This document shows, in pieces, positions 1-15,057 of a stretch of DNA of 64,000 nucleotides (position 1 is its first letter; every line of letters starts with the position of its first letter). The notes beneath the pieces were generated by a model. That model worked only from the letters and a program-made list of their open reading frames with translations, was not told where the DNA came from and did not search any database. The DNA comes from the human T2T-CHM13v2.0 reference genome, Homo sapiens, in the NCBI RefSeq assembly GCF_009914755.1, contig NC_060930.1; one strand, given 5' to 3'. Position numbers and translations under genes: made by a program.

Positions 1-1076
1 TATGAACAAATACCAAACATTTTCAACAAACCTACCATGAAGAACTTAGCATAAATGTATGCCAATTCAAGTTCTGAGGTATGTATTACAGTTTGTACAT
101 ATTTAACACCTGGACAACTTGTTGACATGTATTCTCAGGAAATTTCTCCAGCAATTTAAAATTCAAATTCTGTGTCAAAGTTCTGGGATTAAGACTGGAC
201 TCAAAAGACGTCAACAAACCGGGTAATCTTTAGGACGGTGGGCCAAATTCTTACACACATCTGCTACAGACATTAGGGAAAGGGATCAGACTTCAGTGGA
301 AGGTGACCTTGAGTGATGTGGAGCAGCACTTGTCCTCAAATCTACTGTTAAATTCATTTAAAGCTGACTTAAACCACGTAAGAATTCAAAACTTGTATTT
401 CGGGATTGTGAATGAATAATGTTTTTCTGCATCTATAGGAATCCCTCCACAAAAATATGGATAAATGAAGGCAGAGCCATCTACTTGGTGTTCTCATGAC
501 TGGGACCACAGTACTTTCCAAAAAAAGTCCATACTATGGTTGGTATATTTCTATTTATTAGAGAATGTTTTCTCCTATTTAACTTTTTTGTTTTGATCAT
601 GATTTCTTACCTGCTTTAGTTTTAGAATAAACTATATTTTGACTTTCTACTCAGAGTAGGTTTATTTTCTGTTTTATTTCATCTTTTATTTTTCTCATGT
701 GTTGTTTTTAAAAATATCTTTTTCATTGATGCAACAATAATATTGCCTCTTAATCACAAAAGAAGTCTATTTTTTCAGTGGGTTAGGAACACATTTACTT
801 ATGAGTTATTTCTTTGTCTCTCTATTTCAATCTCTTTAACATATACTAGAAACCAAACATTATGATAGTTGAAAGTGGCATTTAATGTTTTGAAGCACTC
901 TGGGCAGATGAGGTACATTTTTAAAGCAAAGAGCTCCACAAGCAGGGTCTATGAACAGCACATGTGCAACAGAAGTTCCTGACCAAGTTCACATCTAAAA
1001 GTATCCTGTTTCCATTAAGAGGCCCCACTTTTGCTTTCCTGCCTCATCCTTGAGGTTCCAGAAAAACAGAACTGCC

Positions 1077-1366
1077 TCCAGTTCTGCATGACTGGGGAGG
1101 CCTCAGGAAACTTACAATCATGGCGGAAGGGAAAGTAAACACATCCACTTCACATGGCAGCAGCAAGGAGAAATGTCAAGCAAAAGGGGGAAAGCCCCTT
1201 ATAAAACCATTCAGATCTCATGAGAGCTCACTCACTATCACAAGAACAGTATGAGGGTAACCACCCCCATGATTCAATTACCTCCCACCGGGTCCCCCCA
1301 ATGTCACATGGGGATTATGGAAACTACAATTCGAGATTCCAGTGCGGACACAGCCAAACCATATCA
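1077..1366 (-). mobile_element. THE1-family (ERVL-MaLR) LTR, partial
   Basis: Contains the THE1 hallmarks GGGGAGGCCTCAGGAAACTTACAATCATGG ... CAGCCAAACCATATCA; the left end is missing. Confidence 0.85.
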
Positions 1367-1619
1367 CATGCCATTCTCATCTTTAATCTTTTTTGCATGT
1401 CTTGACTCATTCACCACCTATTTCAAATGGCCAACCATACTAACTATTCAGATTTCAGATTCCACATTGCCCTTCTCTTTGCTAACTTCTCTCCTCCACA
1501 CTCACACACAGTCTGAGTTAGAAGCCTGTTGTATTACTGTAGCTAACATACTACCCTTGTTGAACACTGGCATTGAAGTTGCCTATTTACTGGTCTGAAT
1601 CTCATACCTTGTGGTAGTC

Positions 1620-1744
1620 TCACCGAGAGAGGTGTATTTGATTGGTCTTGTTCACAATTATACATCTCAGTTTCTGGCACATGGTAAGCATGAAATAAAT
1701 ACTATTAAATGAATAGAGGAGTGAATGAATGAATGAATGAATGA
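1620..1744 (+). mobile_element. L2 3' end with (TGAA)n tail
   Basis: CTGGCACATGGTAAGCATGAAATAAATACT followed by GAATGAATGAATGA. Confidence 0.65.
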
Positions 1745-3866
1745 CTTTCATGCAGTATCTGTATTAAGTATGCCAGCATGATACTTTGACTTTTTATGTA
1801 ATGATTGATAGTAATTCTCCAATATACTGCTACTGCAGTAAGCAGAGAAAGAATCTATAACAATATTATGTCTTTTTAAGCAAGCTAGGTAGATCTAAGC
1901 AATTGGGAATAGGTGAAATTTCTTGTATAGCAAGGATTAAGAAAATCAGCTTTCTTGATATTTCTAAATTTACCCCTTTATTCCAGAGTCCATCTGGTCT
2001 AGTCTTTCTTAAGTTATTAAAAATTCCACAGCAATTCAACAGGAGATTAAGTCCATTGAACATTTGTGCTGGCTCCTCACCCGGGCCTATGGTGCTGGAT
2101 AGAAGAAAAGTGACAGCTTCAGGACCACACACCTGAAATGGTATTCTTTTTCAATACACACCTGTAACTACACTTTGCCAGAGTGCTTGTGACTGCTTTT
2201 CACTGATAGAGTTATGTCAGGCATCCAGCCATATAGATCATGTTAAAAGCTCCAGTGCACTCTTGGCTAAATATTGATGGATTGGATGAGACATCTTTTA
2301 ACCTTTATTGTGCTTTCCAATTTCTGACATCTGTGAATGACACATTCACAAATTTAACACAATTTTAACTCTGAGATAGACTGGAATGTAAAATATTTGG
2401 GGATCTCAGGGCTAGGGAAGGGAAAGAAGATGTTGGAATAAAACAAAAGGACTATGCAGGGAAAGGGACTAGGACGGCAGGGGAATAAGGTTGTCACGTA
2501 TAATGAAGATTTAGTGCTTCAGCAATAAATCTAATTCAGCTAGAAGAGCATGCTGCCAAAACACTGTGCAAGAAATACCCCCAAGGTATCCAACGGGGTC
2601 CTTTTAAACCCTGTTCACTTCACAGTGCATATTTGAACACAGACAGTTGGAGTTCAGAGAGCACACATCTGGGTCACTGTGCAAATCCCCATTCTCCTTT
2701 AAAAAAATAAAATACATGCACTCTACCTACCCCAGACTTACTCTATTGCTGAGTCTGCCAAGGAAAACTATTCCATTTTAGAATACAAAAGCCAAAACAC
2801 AAAGTGGAACCAACCCACATGGAGTCATGCTCTGCTACTTTATGTATCCAAAGAAAGAAAAATATGCAAAGCACAAATTCTCAGATTACTACTACAACAG
2901 ATGACTGTACCAAGGTTATTTTTTATTACAATTGTCTCCTCCAATGAGGACCAGAAATCTCCAGAAAATCACAAGCTTTAAAAAGCTATTCAACACCATC
3001 TACTTCTCTTGTGCTTAATATAGAATTAAGCTCCATAATCACAGCTTGACATGCCATGCTATTTGTAAATTATTTTTAAGTTCATTGTGATAACTATTAA
3101 AAAGAAGGAATTTGTAAGCAGTAGAATGTTACTCCTAAAAGAAAGACTTTATGATTATAAATTAATTTCATCTTATTTTTATATTGTGCCTTGATACTTT
3201 AATGTTGGAAAGCAAATATATTCAACTGTTGCATTATTGACATTCTCAAGCCCAACACTTTGTACAGAAGTTACTATATGAAAATATCCTTTCTAGTGTT
3301 TAGCTACAAAATATCCTATGTGTTTTCTAAAATCATTCATTTAACGAGAAAACTGTACATAAGCAGGTGCTTGCTAAGAGAGTTCCATGATAATCATTAT
3401 AGTGACAGGGAAAACCAAGATAAACCAACTAAACTGTTGTTCCTAATAGGGATGATTCAAGGTATAAATTAGTTTAGCACCTCAATCAAGAATTTATACA
3501 TGTTCTATCTTGGAACGTATTCTCTAACAGGTAATAATGATTTATACATGATAACTCCAGAATTTATATCTCTTAGAAAAAATATGGAAGCCCAAACAAT
3601 CTTCAATAAACTATACCCCACTCTTCAACCTTTATTTCAAAGGGCTACTATGAATATGAAAACAATGGACTAAAAAGAGCGTAGTCCCCCCACCATTTAC
3701 ATTATTTTTATTTTATTCAAGATTCTGTTTCTGTGAGTGAGGGAGATAATCAAATATTTTGACTTTAAATACATTTACCCTCACTTTTATTTTGCCGTAT
3801 TTATCAAAAGCTGAGCAGGAAAAAAATAGAGAAACGGGAAATCTAAATTATGATGCCTACCCTTAA

Positions 3867-4200
<334 letters not shown>

Positions 4201-4680
4201 AGGACAAGTTGTTTTTTTGTTTTCCTTTTTTTTTTTTCTTTTTTTGCTTTCCCAAGTTGAGAGACACCAAACATAAATACTCGATAAGTTAAATAGCAAT
4301 ATATCTTAGAAGCAACAATCAACAACGTAGAGATGATGCAAAAAAAAAAGTTTAGACAGTAATTGTTGGAAAGGCGATTACTAAAACCACAGTGGACCAG
4401 ATTTCTCTATGAAATACTTCTGATTTTACTACTTACATAGAACTATTCAAACTGTTATTTGAATTGATTGATACTGTTGATGTGAAAAGTGCCTAAACTA
4501 TTCTACAATGACTCTACAAATATTTATATATGTAATGAGAACTTGCATCGAGATGTTGTTGATAATAATAATACCTTATCCTTAAAAAACAATGTAGTGT
4601 GCAGAACAATTTTGACATACCGTATCATATTTTATCTATGTAAAGCACAAAGCATCTACAGTTTGACCTTAGTTGAGGGA

Positions 4681-4994
4681 TGTATTCGTTCATTTTCATG
4701 CTGCTATGAAGAAATACCCAAGAGTGGGTAATTTATAAAGAAAAGAGGTTTAATTGATTCAATGTTCCACATGACTGGGGAGGCCTCAGGAAACATACAA
4801 TCATGGTGGAAGGCACCTCTTCACAGGGCAGCAGGAGAAAGAATGGGAGCTGAGCAAAGGGGGAAAAGCCCCTTCTAAAACCATCACCCCCATGATTCAA
4901 TTACCTCCCACCAGGTCCCTCCCATAACATGTGGGGATTATGGGAACTACAATTCAAGATGAGATTTGGGTGGGGACACAGCCAAACCATATCA
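4681..4994 (-). mobile_element. THE1-family solo LTR with small internal deletion
   Basis: TG...CA termini (TGTATT...CCATATCA); 5-bp TSD AGGGA/AGAGA with one mismatch. Confidence 0.9.
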
Positions 4995-5214
4995 AGAGAT
5001 GAAGGCTAAGCTTGGGGGAAGTTGAAGCAACTGCCTAAATTTACTTATTCATGGCAGTTTTTATTCAATTCTTGTCTGTTCATTTCTAGTAAAATGTCAG
5101 TTCCATTACAGAATTATAAAGCTAATCATAAATCATAAGTTAAACATGATTTATGTAAGACTCAATTACATTTTATGTTTGATGATAATTAAGAGGTGAC
5201 GACATAATTTTTGA

Positions 5215-5707
<493 letters not shown>

Positions 5708-7178
5708 TAAACAGGGTGAAGAGGGTTCCCCTGTGATTATCTATGCATTTTCTGGGTGATACTCTTCATAGCAAAATGAAGACTCTTCAGAGCAAAAAAA
5801 ATTACTCTTGGGCTGCTATAGATAGATTAAATTTGAGTGTATATCTATCATTATTATGTTGCATAACTTGATGGCTTATCACACACAGGACTGAAGTTAG
5901 CCTGTAATCACTTTACCACTTAATACAACAATAAAAGAAATCATGTTCCTATTAAAGTACTGGACAGCTTTAGAAAAGAAGGGTTTCAGACACACATGGA
6001 ATTCGTACCTGAAGGTATATTTTAACCTTTAGGTTATATGAAGCAAAGGTAGACTGACCTCCAATAAGATAAAACAAAATCAGGCTCTAGATTTTTTTAA
6101 ATGCTATTTTGGTTGGAGAACACTTTCTAATTCCATCAACTTTGAATTTCCAAAATTAATTCAAATGTTTTTTAAAAGTCGGTTTCTATATCCACAATTT
6201 GGCTTAGTTCAATCAAAATGAAATTCACATTAGAAAGCAATGTGCTTTTACCATACTTCTGGCATGTTCTGCTAGGGTTAATTAAGTTATTAGCAGATCT
6301 ACAGTTGGTAAAATAAAAAAACAAACAGCCTACAATTATTCACACCTAAAGAGAATTCCAGTCCCTGATTTCATATTGTCTAAACAGAAGCTTTTTCTTT
6401 CCTGGAGAATTTTCAATGAACTTAGTCTAAATAACTAGAAATGTTCTTAGCTATAACAGAGGTAGGTATATGAGCCAAAAGTTATTTGAAAACATACAGA
6501 TTTCCTAGCTATATCACTAGAAATTCTTACTCAGAAGTTTTGAAATGGCACTGAAATACTCATATTTTTATAAAGCTCCCTGGCTTTTTTCTTGTGCAAC
6601 AATCCAGTGTCAATGAGGGGACCTGCATTTGGAAATTCCTGAAGTAGAGCATTTCATTATCCAACAATGCATATGCACTACGAGTTATATTTATAGCAAA
6701 TAAATCTAACAGGAACAGTTTACAGATAGCATTTTATGGTGGATTAGTTTATAGAAAAGGTGCTATAAATCAAATCTTATTTTAATATGATAAATATTGG
6801 GATTATTATTATATTCCTCATCTACAACTCAGTATTAACAGAATTGAACACAAATGTCATATTGAGTCAACTAAAAGTAATTGTCTCTACACTATTTATG
6901 TCTTACTTTTAGTTATTTTACTGATAATTAATATAGGGTAGCAGTCATGCCTAAAAACATAGATAAATTAAGGTAATATATAAAAAGACAAAATTAAATA
7001 GGTCTCAAACAACTAAACTAAGAAGTTTAGACTCAAATGTAATTAGTAAAGATTCATTTGTAAACAGGAAACTGACATGATTGAACTTGTATTTTAGAAG
7101 ATAACTAACAAGACAGATCTAAATGGTAGACTTGAAGGGGAAGGGATAAACAGCAAAGGGAACACTTAAGAATTAACA

Positions 7179-7473
7179 GGCTGGGCTCAGTGGCTCATGC
7201 CTGTAATCCCAGCACTTTGGGAGGCCGAGGAAGGAGGATCACCTGAGGTTAGGAGTTCAAGACAAGTCTGGCCAACATGGCAAAACCCAGTCTCTACTAA
7301 AAATACAAAAATTAGCCAAGTGCAGTGATGTGTGCCTGTAATCCCAGCTATTCAGGAGGCTGAGACAGGAGAATTGCTTGAACCCAGGAGGCAGAGGTTG
7401 CAGTGAGACAATAGGGCACCACTTCATTCCAGCCTGGGAGACAAAGCAAGAATCAGTCTCAAAAAAAAGAGAA
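7179..7473 (+). mobile_element. AluS (Sx-like)
   Basis: GGCTGGGCTCAGTGGCTCA...A-tail; AAGAATTAA repeated at 7168 and 7474 as part of the TSD. Confidence 0.92.
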
Positions 7474-7529
7474 AAGAATTAATTGGTGATGAGAGTTCCT
7501 CTAGGGATAGAGAGGAAAATAAGAATAAT

Positions 7530-8230
7530 AATAACAATAACTATCATTTAAATAATGCTACCTATTTGCCAAGCAATGTCCTAACAATGTACACATATTA
7601 ACTCATATAATCTTCACTACCACCCTATGAAGTAGTGTTATCAGTTGGTATTTTCTAGGTAATAACCCCAAATATAGTGCCGTAACACAACCACCATTTA
7701 TTTAGCACATCATCCTGGCAGTTCTTTTAGGCTTGGCTGAGATCACACATAATCTTTGGTCAGTTGCCAGGTTGGCTGGGGGCTGGCTGAACTAGAATGC
7801 TTCAGCTAGGAAGGTTTGTCTCTACTCTGGATGGTCTTTCATTCACCAAAGCCTGAATCCGACTTATTCACATGGTAACCGGGCAAATTTTGAGCAAGCA
7901 GAAGCACTCAAGGCCTCTCAAGACCTAGGTTGAGAAAAGACATACTATCATATCTTCCTCACTCTATTAACTAGAGCAGGGCACAGTCCAGCCCAAATTC
8001 TAAGGTGGGGAAATCAACTTCATCTCTTGATGATAAGGGCTGCAAAGTCACTTTGCAAAGGGTAAGGATAGAGAGAGGAGGAAAAGATTGTGGCGTTGTT
8101 TACAGTCTTCTTTAGTTAGGTATTATTGTTATCATGCCTATTTTGCAGGTAGGTAAACAGAAGCACAGAGTTGTTAGGTAATCTGCTTTAGGTCATTTAG
8201 CTAACAGTTCACCAAATAATCCAGCTTTAG
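7530..8230 (-). mobile_element. MIR interrupted by an old MLT1 LTR (about 7636-8112)
   Basis: MIR core (ATTAACTCATATAATCTTCAC...; ATTTTGCAGGTAGGTAAACAGAAGCACAGAG) flanks MLT1-like CTCAAGGCCTCT...CTTCATCTCTTGATG...TGCAAAGTCAC. Confidence 0.6.
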
Positions 8231-8269
8231 TGTCTGTTGTCTAAGAAATTTACTTTTATGTCTCTAAGG

Positions 8270-8760
8270 TTTTAAGAAATGGAGAATGGTTAGAGAAGTA
8301 TCAGTGAAAAGAATCAACACGATTTAATGATTGATTAGATTGGAAGCAGGGAGTCAGAGAAGGAGTATGAGGATTCAAATTTGGAAAAATAGCGACATTA
8401 ATAAAAAGTGACAGTACTTATTGATGACACCATCCACAAATTAAGAAACATAAGAACATGATTAAATCCCGGCCAGGGGTAGGAATGAGCTTAATAAAAA
8501 TGTAGATTTGATCATTTAAGATTGAGCCGTGCTCAGGATATACTGATGGATATGTCCATTGGGCTGCCTGGAGATGGAGTCTTTCACTCAAAACAAAGAG
8601 ATTAGGATAGAGATACAGATTTGAGCTCTGTTAGTTGAAAGCATAAAACTAGATGAAAAGACACAAAGAGAGTTTAAAGAAGAAGGACAAGGACAAAGTC
8701 AGGAGAAGTGTAGAGGCAACGCAGAGGAAAAACAGCCTTTCAAGTAACTTTCTGGTGATT
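8270..8760 (-). mobile_element. L2 fragment
   Basis: Purine-rich L2-like GATTTAATGATTGATTAGATT and GGATAGAGATACAGATTTGAG. Confidence 0.5.
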
Positions 8761-10449
8761 AAAACCAAGAAACAGCAACATAAAAAAAAGGAAGAGTGAC
8801 ATCTCCTCCTACTAATAGAAGTGTAGGTAATTTGTCTCCAACTGAAGACTACTGAACAAACTAGATAAAATATTTTAAAATAAAACAAATCATATCCTTA
8901 AATTAGAGAACCAATAAGACATCATAACATTACCATCCAACAATCTAAAATAAGGACAAAGGCCCAGGAAGATAAGAACAGAATTTAGGGTTACTCTACC
9001 CTAGGAGAGTTTGACAATTAAAGAGGGAGGTTCTGGAAGATTGAGCTATGGTTTTGACAGCCTCTTGGGAGTAGGAGTACTGTAGTTGAGTCTAGGGCTT
9101 ACCAAGGAAGATGGCTCTAGTGAATCCTCTTCACTTTGCTTTGGGACTTTGCAAAAGTAGAGAAGACACAGTGAGGACTACATACAAGGTTTTGGAATAT
9201 CAGACAAAACAAACAGAGAAAGCAGGGAAACAACACTTGAACAGATAGTTCAAAAACACAGTATCTACGTGGCCAAAACATATTTTTAAAGTTTCACTTC
9301 ACGAGTAATCATCAAAATGCAAATTGAAGACACCAGATACCACCATATACTTGCCAAAGTGACTAAAAATTAAAAGATTTAAAATGCCAAGTTCTGGGAA
9401 GGAAGTAGAGTGACAGCAATTTACATACACTTCTGGCCACCGGAAAAAAAGAACGCCATTGATGATCAAGACTTAGGAATGGGAAAGATGCAAGTACACA
9501 AGTGGAAGTGTAGCTTTGCAGAGGTGGAATCTGCCTTTTCTATGAGAAGAGAAATGACGGATAAAGATATAGATTGGTTTGAGGCCAAAATGTTGAGAAA
9601 GTTTTACCTGAGGAAGTTTAGAATGGGCTCCATGTTCTTTGTTAATATGAGTGAGCCTATTGATAAAAAGGGAGGAAAGCTGGGGTGAGTAGGCATTTTG
9701 CAAATATTAAGAAAATGTTGTAATAGCTGTTACAAAGTCTGAAAATAGGATTTTGCTAGGCATATGCAGAAGTGTGGCTGAGAATATTGGGAAACAGGAT
9801 GATATGAAAACAATGAAATTCAAGTGACTTCAATCTTAATGTTTTAGATTTCTCTGGTCTTAGTAATGTAGTAACCATCTTGATTCATGAAGCACATCAA
9901 AGGTACCATTCCAGTTGTCTCTGAGGCCCAATTTCTTCACTTAGAGAGAAATATTTCTACACTGTACTTACTGTAAAAGGATGTTATGTATCTGTTTGGA
10001 AACAATCATACCTAGTTATATAGAAAAGTATGCGAAGAAAGTGAAGAAAGAGCACTTACATAGAATTTGAAATAGAGTAGGTAAATTTGACTGTGGAAAG
10101 CTGTTTAATCCACATACTTGCCTAGGGACAGTTGGAATTTAAACCATCATAGGCACTCTGACACCTGTGTCACTTAAGCCATCTCAAGCAAAATGGTGCA
10201 GGAATTCAAATGTCACTAAACTTTTCCAGCAGGAGAGATCCAACCAACTTCACTTGTAGACCATTCTAGTTTCTCCCAATTCTCATGGCCCAGGCATACT
10301 TTCTTATATGTTTCATGGTCTATTTAACTTTCCCTGAAGTCTGGAAAACCTCAAAAGCATGTTGACAGCAAGGATTTTTAAAAGTCTTTCTTACAACAGC
10401 CAAAACTATAGCTCATAGCCTGCATAGAAACCTTGATTTTTACAAGCAA

Positions 10450-11250
10450 ACCGGTGATATAGGTTTCCCTTCTACACTCAATTAGATTCCCTCATTTCAA
10501 TTCAGCTTTGCATATGAGTTTTACAAAGCTGAGTTTGACAAGGTGAAATGTTGTTAAGGAACTAAAAGTCAGGATCATGGAAACACCTCACCGGAGATAT
10601 ATTTAATTAAAATGACTCATCCTAAGAGCAAAAAAACAGGTAATTTCGTAGATTGTCCCCCAAACTTTGTTCTCTCCTTACCACCAAACCTCATGTGGTC
10701 TTAAAAAAAAAAAAAGGTCTTGACCCAGAGTACATAGAATGTGGAAAGGCGTGGTACCCTTTTGCATTTTGTTATTCATCGAAACACCAGAACAGGCAGG
10801 ACAAAGTTTGCAAGCCCAGGAGAGACTTTCAACAGCAACCTTATCTTGTTTGAAAATTTGCTCTGAGGTCACATGGAGCAAGCGAGAGCTCAGCTGACAG
10901 TGTGTCGAAAAGCCTCCAGCTAGCGAAAGAAAGCATCCTTGAGTGCAAAAAGGTCGAGCATCTTTGGAAGTGGGTAAATTGGAACAATATGATATGCCTT
11001 GTGTAAAAACATATTCCATTTTCTAACTTTGCAAAAACAGTTCGTGGTCTGGATTCCTAGCAGTAGAGAAAATGAAAATCAATAAACGTAAGCTAATGTC
11101 AGGAGTGCTAAACTCTTTTGTCTTGTTATTGGTGGCAGTGTTAAAAATAAAAATAACATAAACACATGCCTAAATAAATAAATAGCAGTTCCTTCAAAAA
11201 CCTGAAAACTTTGGACAAGCCCAAAGAGCATGTACGTACCGTCCAATTCA
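10450..11250. promoter_or_regulatory. Candidate enhancer or alternative promoter
   Basis: Apparently repeat-free and locally CpG-retaining; AP-1 ATGACTCAT 10612-10620, TGAGGTCA 10864-10871, CAGCTGACAG (E-box/MEIS) 10891-10900. Confidence 0.35.
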
Positions 11251-13637
11251 AGGGAATCAGGACAGTATTGGATTTCACAGATAGCACCACAGACAGCTAT
11301 TAAAGTCTAATCCAGTGTCACATTTCTGCCCAATGCTTGCTAACTACCAGCCCAATTTGCTGGCTTCACTCACTCTGTGTTTCTTCATTGTTTCAAGCCA
11401 GGCAGAGACTTATCTTAATAATGGGTCAATCCTCAGCCAAATGTGTTCAACTGAAGGCCACCATGGGAGAATGGCAGGATATTGTCTTTCCAACAGCAAG
11501 TGAACTGCAGGCAGCTTAAGGCAATATCCATTTCACTATAATGCTGGTTTATGTTACAGCCCTTTTCAAACTTCTAATTGCCCTGTATTGCTGACATTTA
11601 TATACATGCCCTATTTTAAATGAAAACACAACACTGAGGTCAGAAGGAGGTTCTGGGACAGCAGAGACCCCAGGTGAAACCAAAGGGGGAAATTACGTTA
11701 AAACTTCTAAATGCCAAACATGTTTGAGAAAAAGAGGAAAAAAAATAAAGTCTTAGGGCAGAAAAAACATTAATCATGGCCCCACGGTATAAATTAATAA
11801 TAGCTATATTTAATACTATGTAAACTTTCTATGGTTGGATTATATAAATTTTAAATGAAAGTAAATATTATTCATTTGGCATGGTAAGTCTGGTAAGTCT
11901 CAGCTTATATAGAATAACTTTGAATATGATTTTTTCCCCTCCAAATTTCACTTTTATTTGTCAAAAGCAAACTGGGTTTCTCGGCTGCTTTTGGCAATCA
12001 CTATATGTTATGAATCTTTCAGATCATTCTACAAGTCACAATTAATAAAATAATATTTCGCATTTACATACAGCTTTTCACCTAGTATCTCATACTGTTT
12101 TAAAAGCAATAAATCATTCATTTCAGAATTGCAACTAAAGAGTCTCAAGTGTTGTTCTAACAAGTAATTTCTTCCAAGTAGCTTCAGAAGAAGCAACACA
12201 TATATAGGCTATAATCATTTTCATTTGTTTATTCATATATTCATTCACCGAGTTATTGATTCATTGATTCATATCCTGAACAAACATGTATTGCATGTGC
12301 ATGTGTACTTAACATTCTGTAGATGTAAAGCTATATAAATAAGTGTTAAAGAGCTTACATTCTAGTTGGGTTCTGGTTAAGAGACTGTTTAAGATACAAC
12401 TCTGAATGACCTGAACAAATTATTTCAATACTATGTTCTTTTAATCTCTCCGTGAACATCTTATTGAGGACTAATACATTAAGAAGTAGTCACACCGATG
12501 TTTTTCTTTTTATATAAGGTATATATATTCAAAGAAAAAACTTAGAAACAAAGAAAAAATCATTTAAAATTTAATAATTACCATTATTTCTGCTACACAG
12601 AGATAAACATTGTTAATAATTTGGCATATACATTTCTTGTCTGTTTTAAATTTTTCTACGTCTATATAAAATATATTTACTTTTTATATACATAAGATTA
12701 CAGCACACATATTGATGATTTATAACTGACTTTTAAAAATTTATAAATATATTATAAATATTTTCCCATGTCATTGAATTTTAGGTTTCAGTGTACTGAA
12801 GTCGTGGCTTTTGCTTATAGTTCTGTTTCAAATTGTGAAAGAACACTAGGTCACTAATCAAATTTATATGAAGAAACAAAAGGCACAAATACAGTCAAAT
12901 ACAAGATAAATATAAAAGACAATGTAACTGTATTTTGTATTTGTAATGCCTTTTCCCTCTGATTTAGAAACAACTACAAAATGGAATCATTATAGGTCGA
13001 AGGTGATGGGTACACAATATGTAATATGTAACTGTAACTATAAGAGCATAAAAGAGCAGGAAAACAGAGCTACACAGAAGCAATGTTTTTGTGTATTGTC
13101 AAAATTAAATTGGCATTAATCTGAACAAAACTGTTACAAATTTTTAAAAAATCATACTAAGCTCCAAGGCAGCCATTAAGAAAATATCTCAAAAACATAT
13201 TGTAAGAAAAACAAAGGAATTAAAATGGTACACTAGAAAATATCTACTTAACACAAAAGAGGGTAGTAATAAAGAATTGAGGAGAAAAAATATATAACAC
13301 ATTTAGAAAATAAATGGCAAATGTAAATTCTACCTTATCGGTAATTAGATTAAATGTAAATGGATTAAACTCTCTAATCAAAAAGAAGAGCTTACCAAAA
13401 TGGTATAAATAACTAAATAAATAAACCAACTCTGTCAAAAAGAGACTCATTCTAGATTCACTCATAAGTAGATTAAAAGTAAAAAGATGGGCAAAGATAC
13501 ATCTTGCAAATAGTGTAAAAAATGAAGTGACTACATTAATAGGAGACAAAATAGATTTTAAGCAAGAATTGTTACCAGAGACAAAGGACATTTTATAATA
13601 ATAAAAATGTCAATCTATTAAGAAGATATGGTAATTA

Positions 13638-13935
13638 TTAGGTTATTGCAAAAGTAATTGAGGTTTTTGCCATTACTTTTAATGTTTTTGTGTACTGTCA
13701 AAATTAAATTGGCATTATTCTGAATAAAACTGTTATAAATTAAAATTTTATGGTAAGCTCCAAGGCAGCCATTATTAAAATATCTTAACAACATTGGAAG
13801 AGAAACAAAAAAATTAAAATGGTACACTAGAAAATATCTACTTAACACAAAATAAAGCAGTAATGAAAACTTGAGGGGAAAAACGATATAACACTTTTAA
13901 TGACAAAAAACACAATTACTTTTGCTTCAATCTAA
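13638..13935. mobile_element. MADE1 (Hsmar1 MITE) carrying about 210 bp of inserted sequence
   Basis: TIRs TTAGGTTATTGCAAAAGTAATTG...GCCATT and AATGACAAAAAACACAATTACTTTTGCTTCAATCTAA; TA TSD at 13636 and 13936. Confidence 0.9.
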
Positions 13936-14051
13936 TATAAACATAAATGCACCTAGCAACAGATTTCCAAAGTACATGAAGCAAAAACAGACTAAATTGA
14001 AGAGAGAAATAGACCATTCAACAATAAGAATAGGAAACTTAAATATGTTAC

Positions 14052-15057
<1,006 letters not shown>

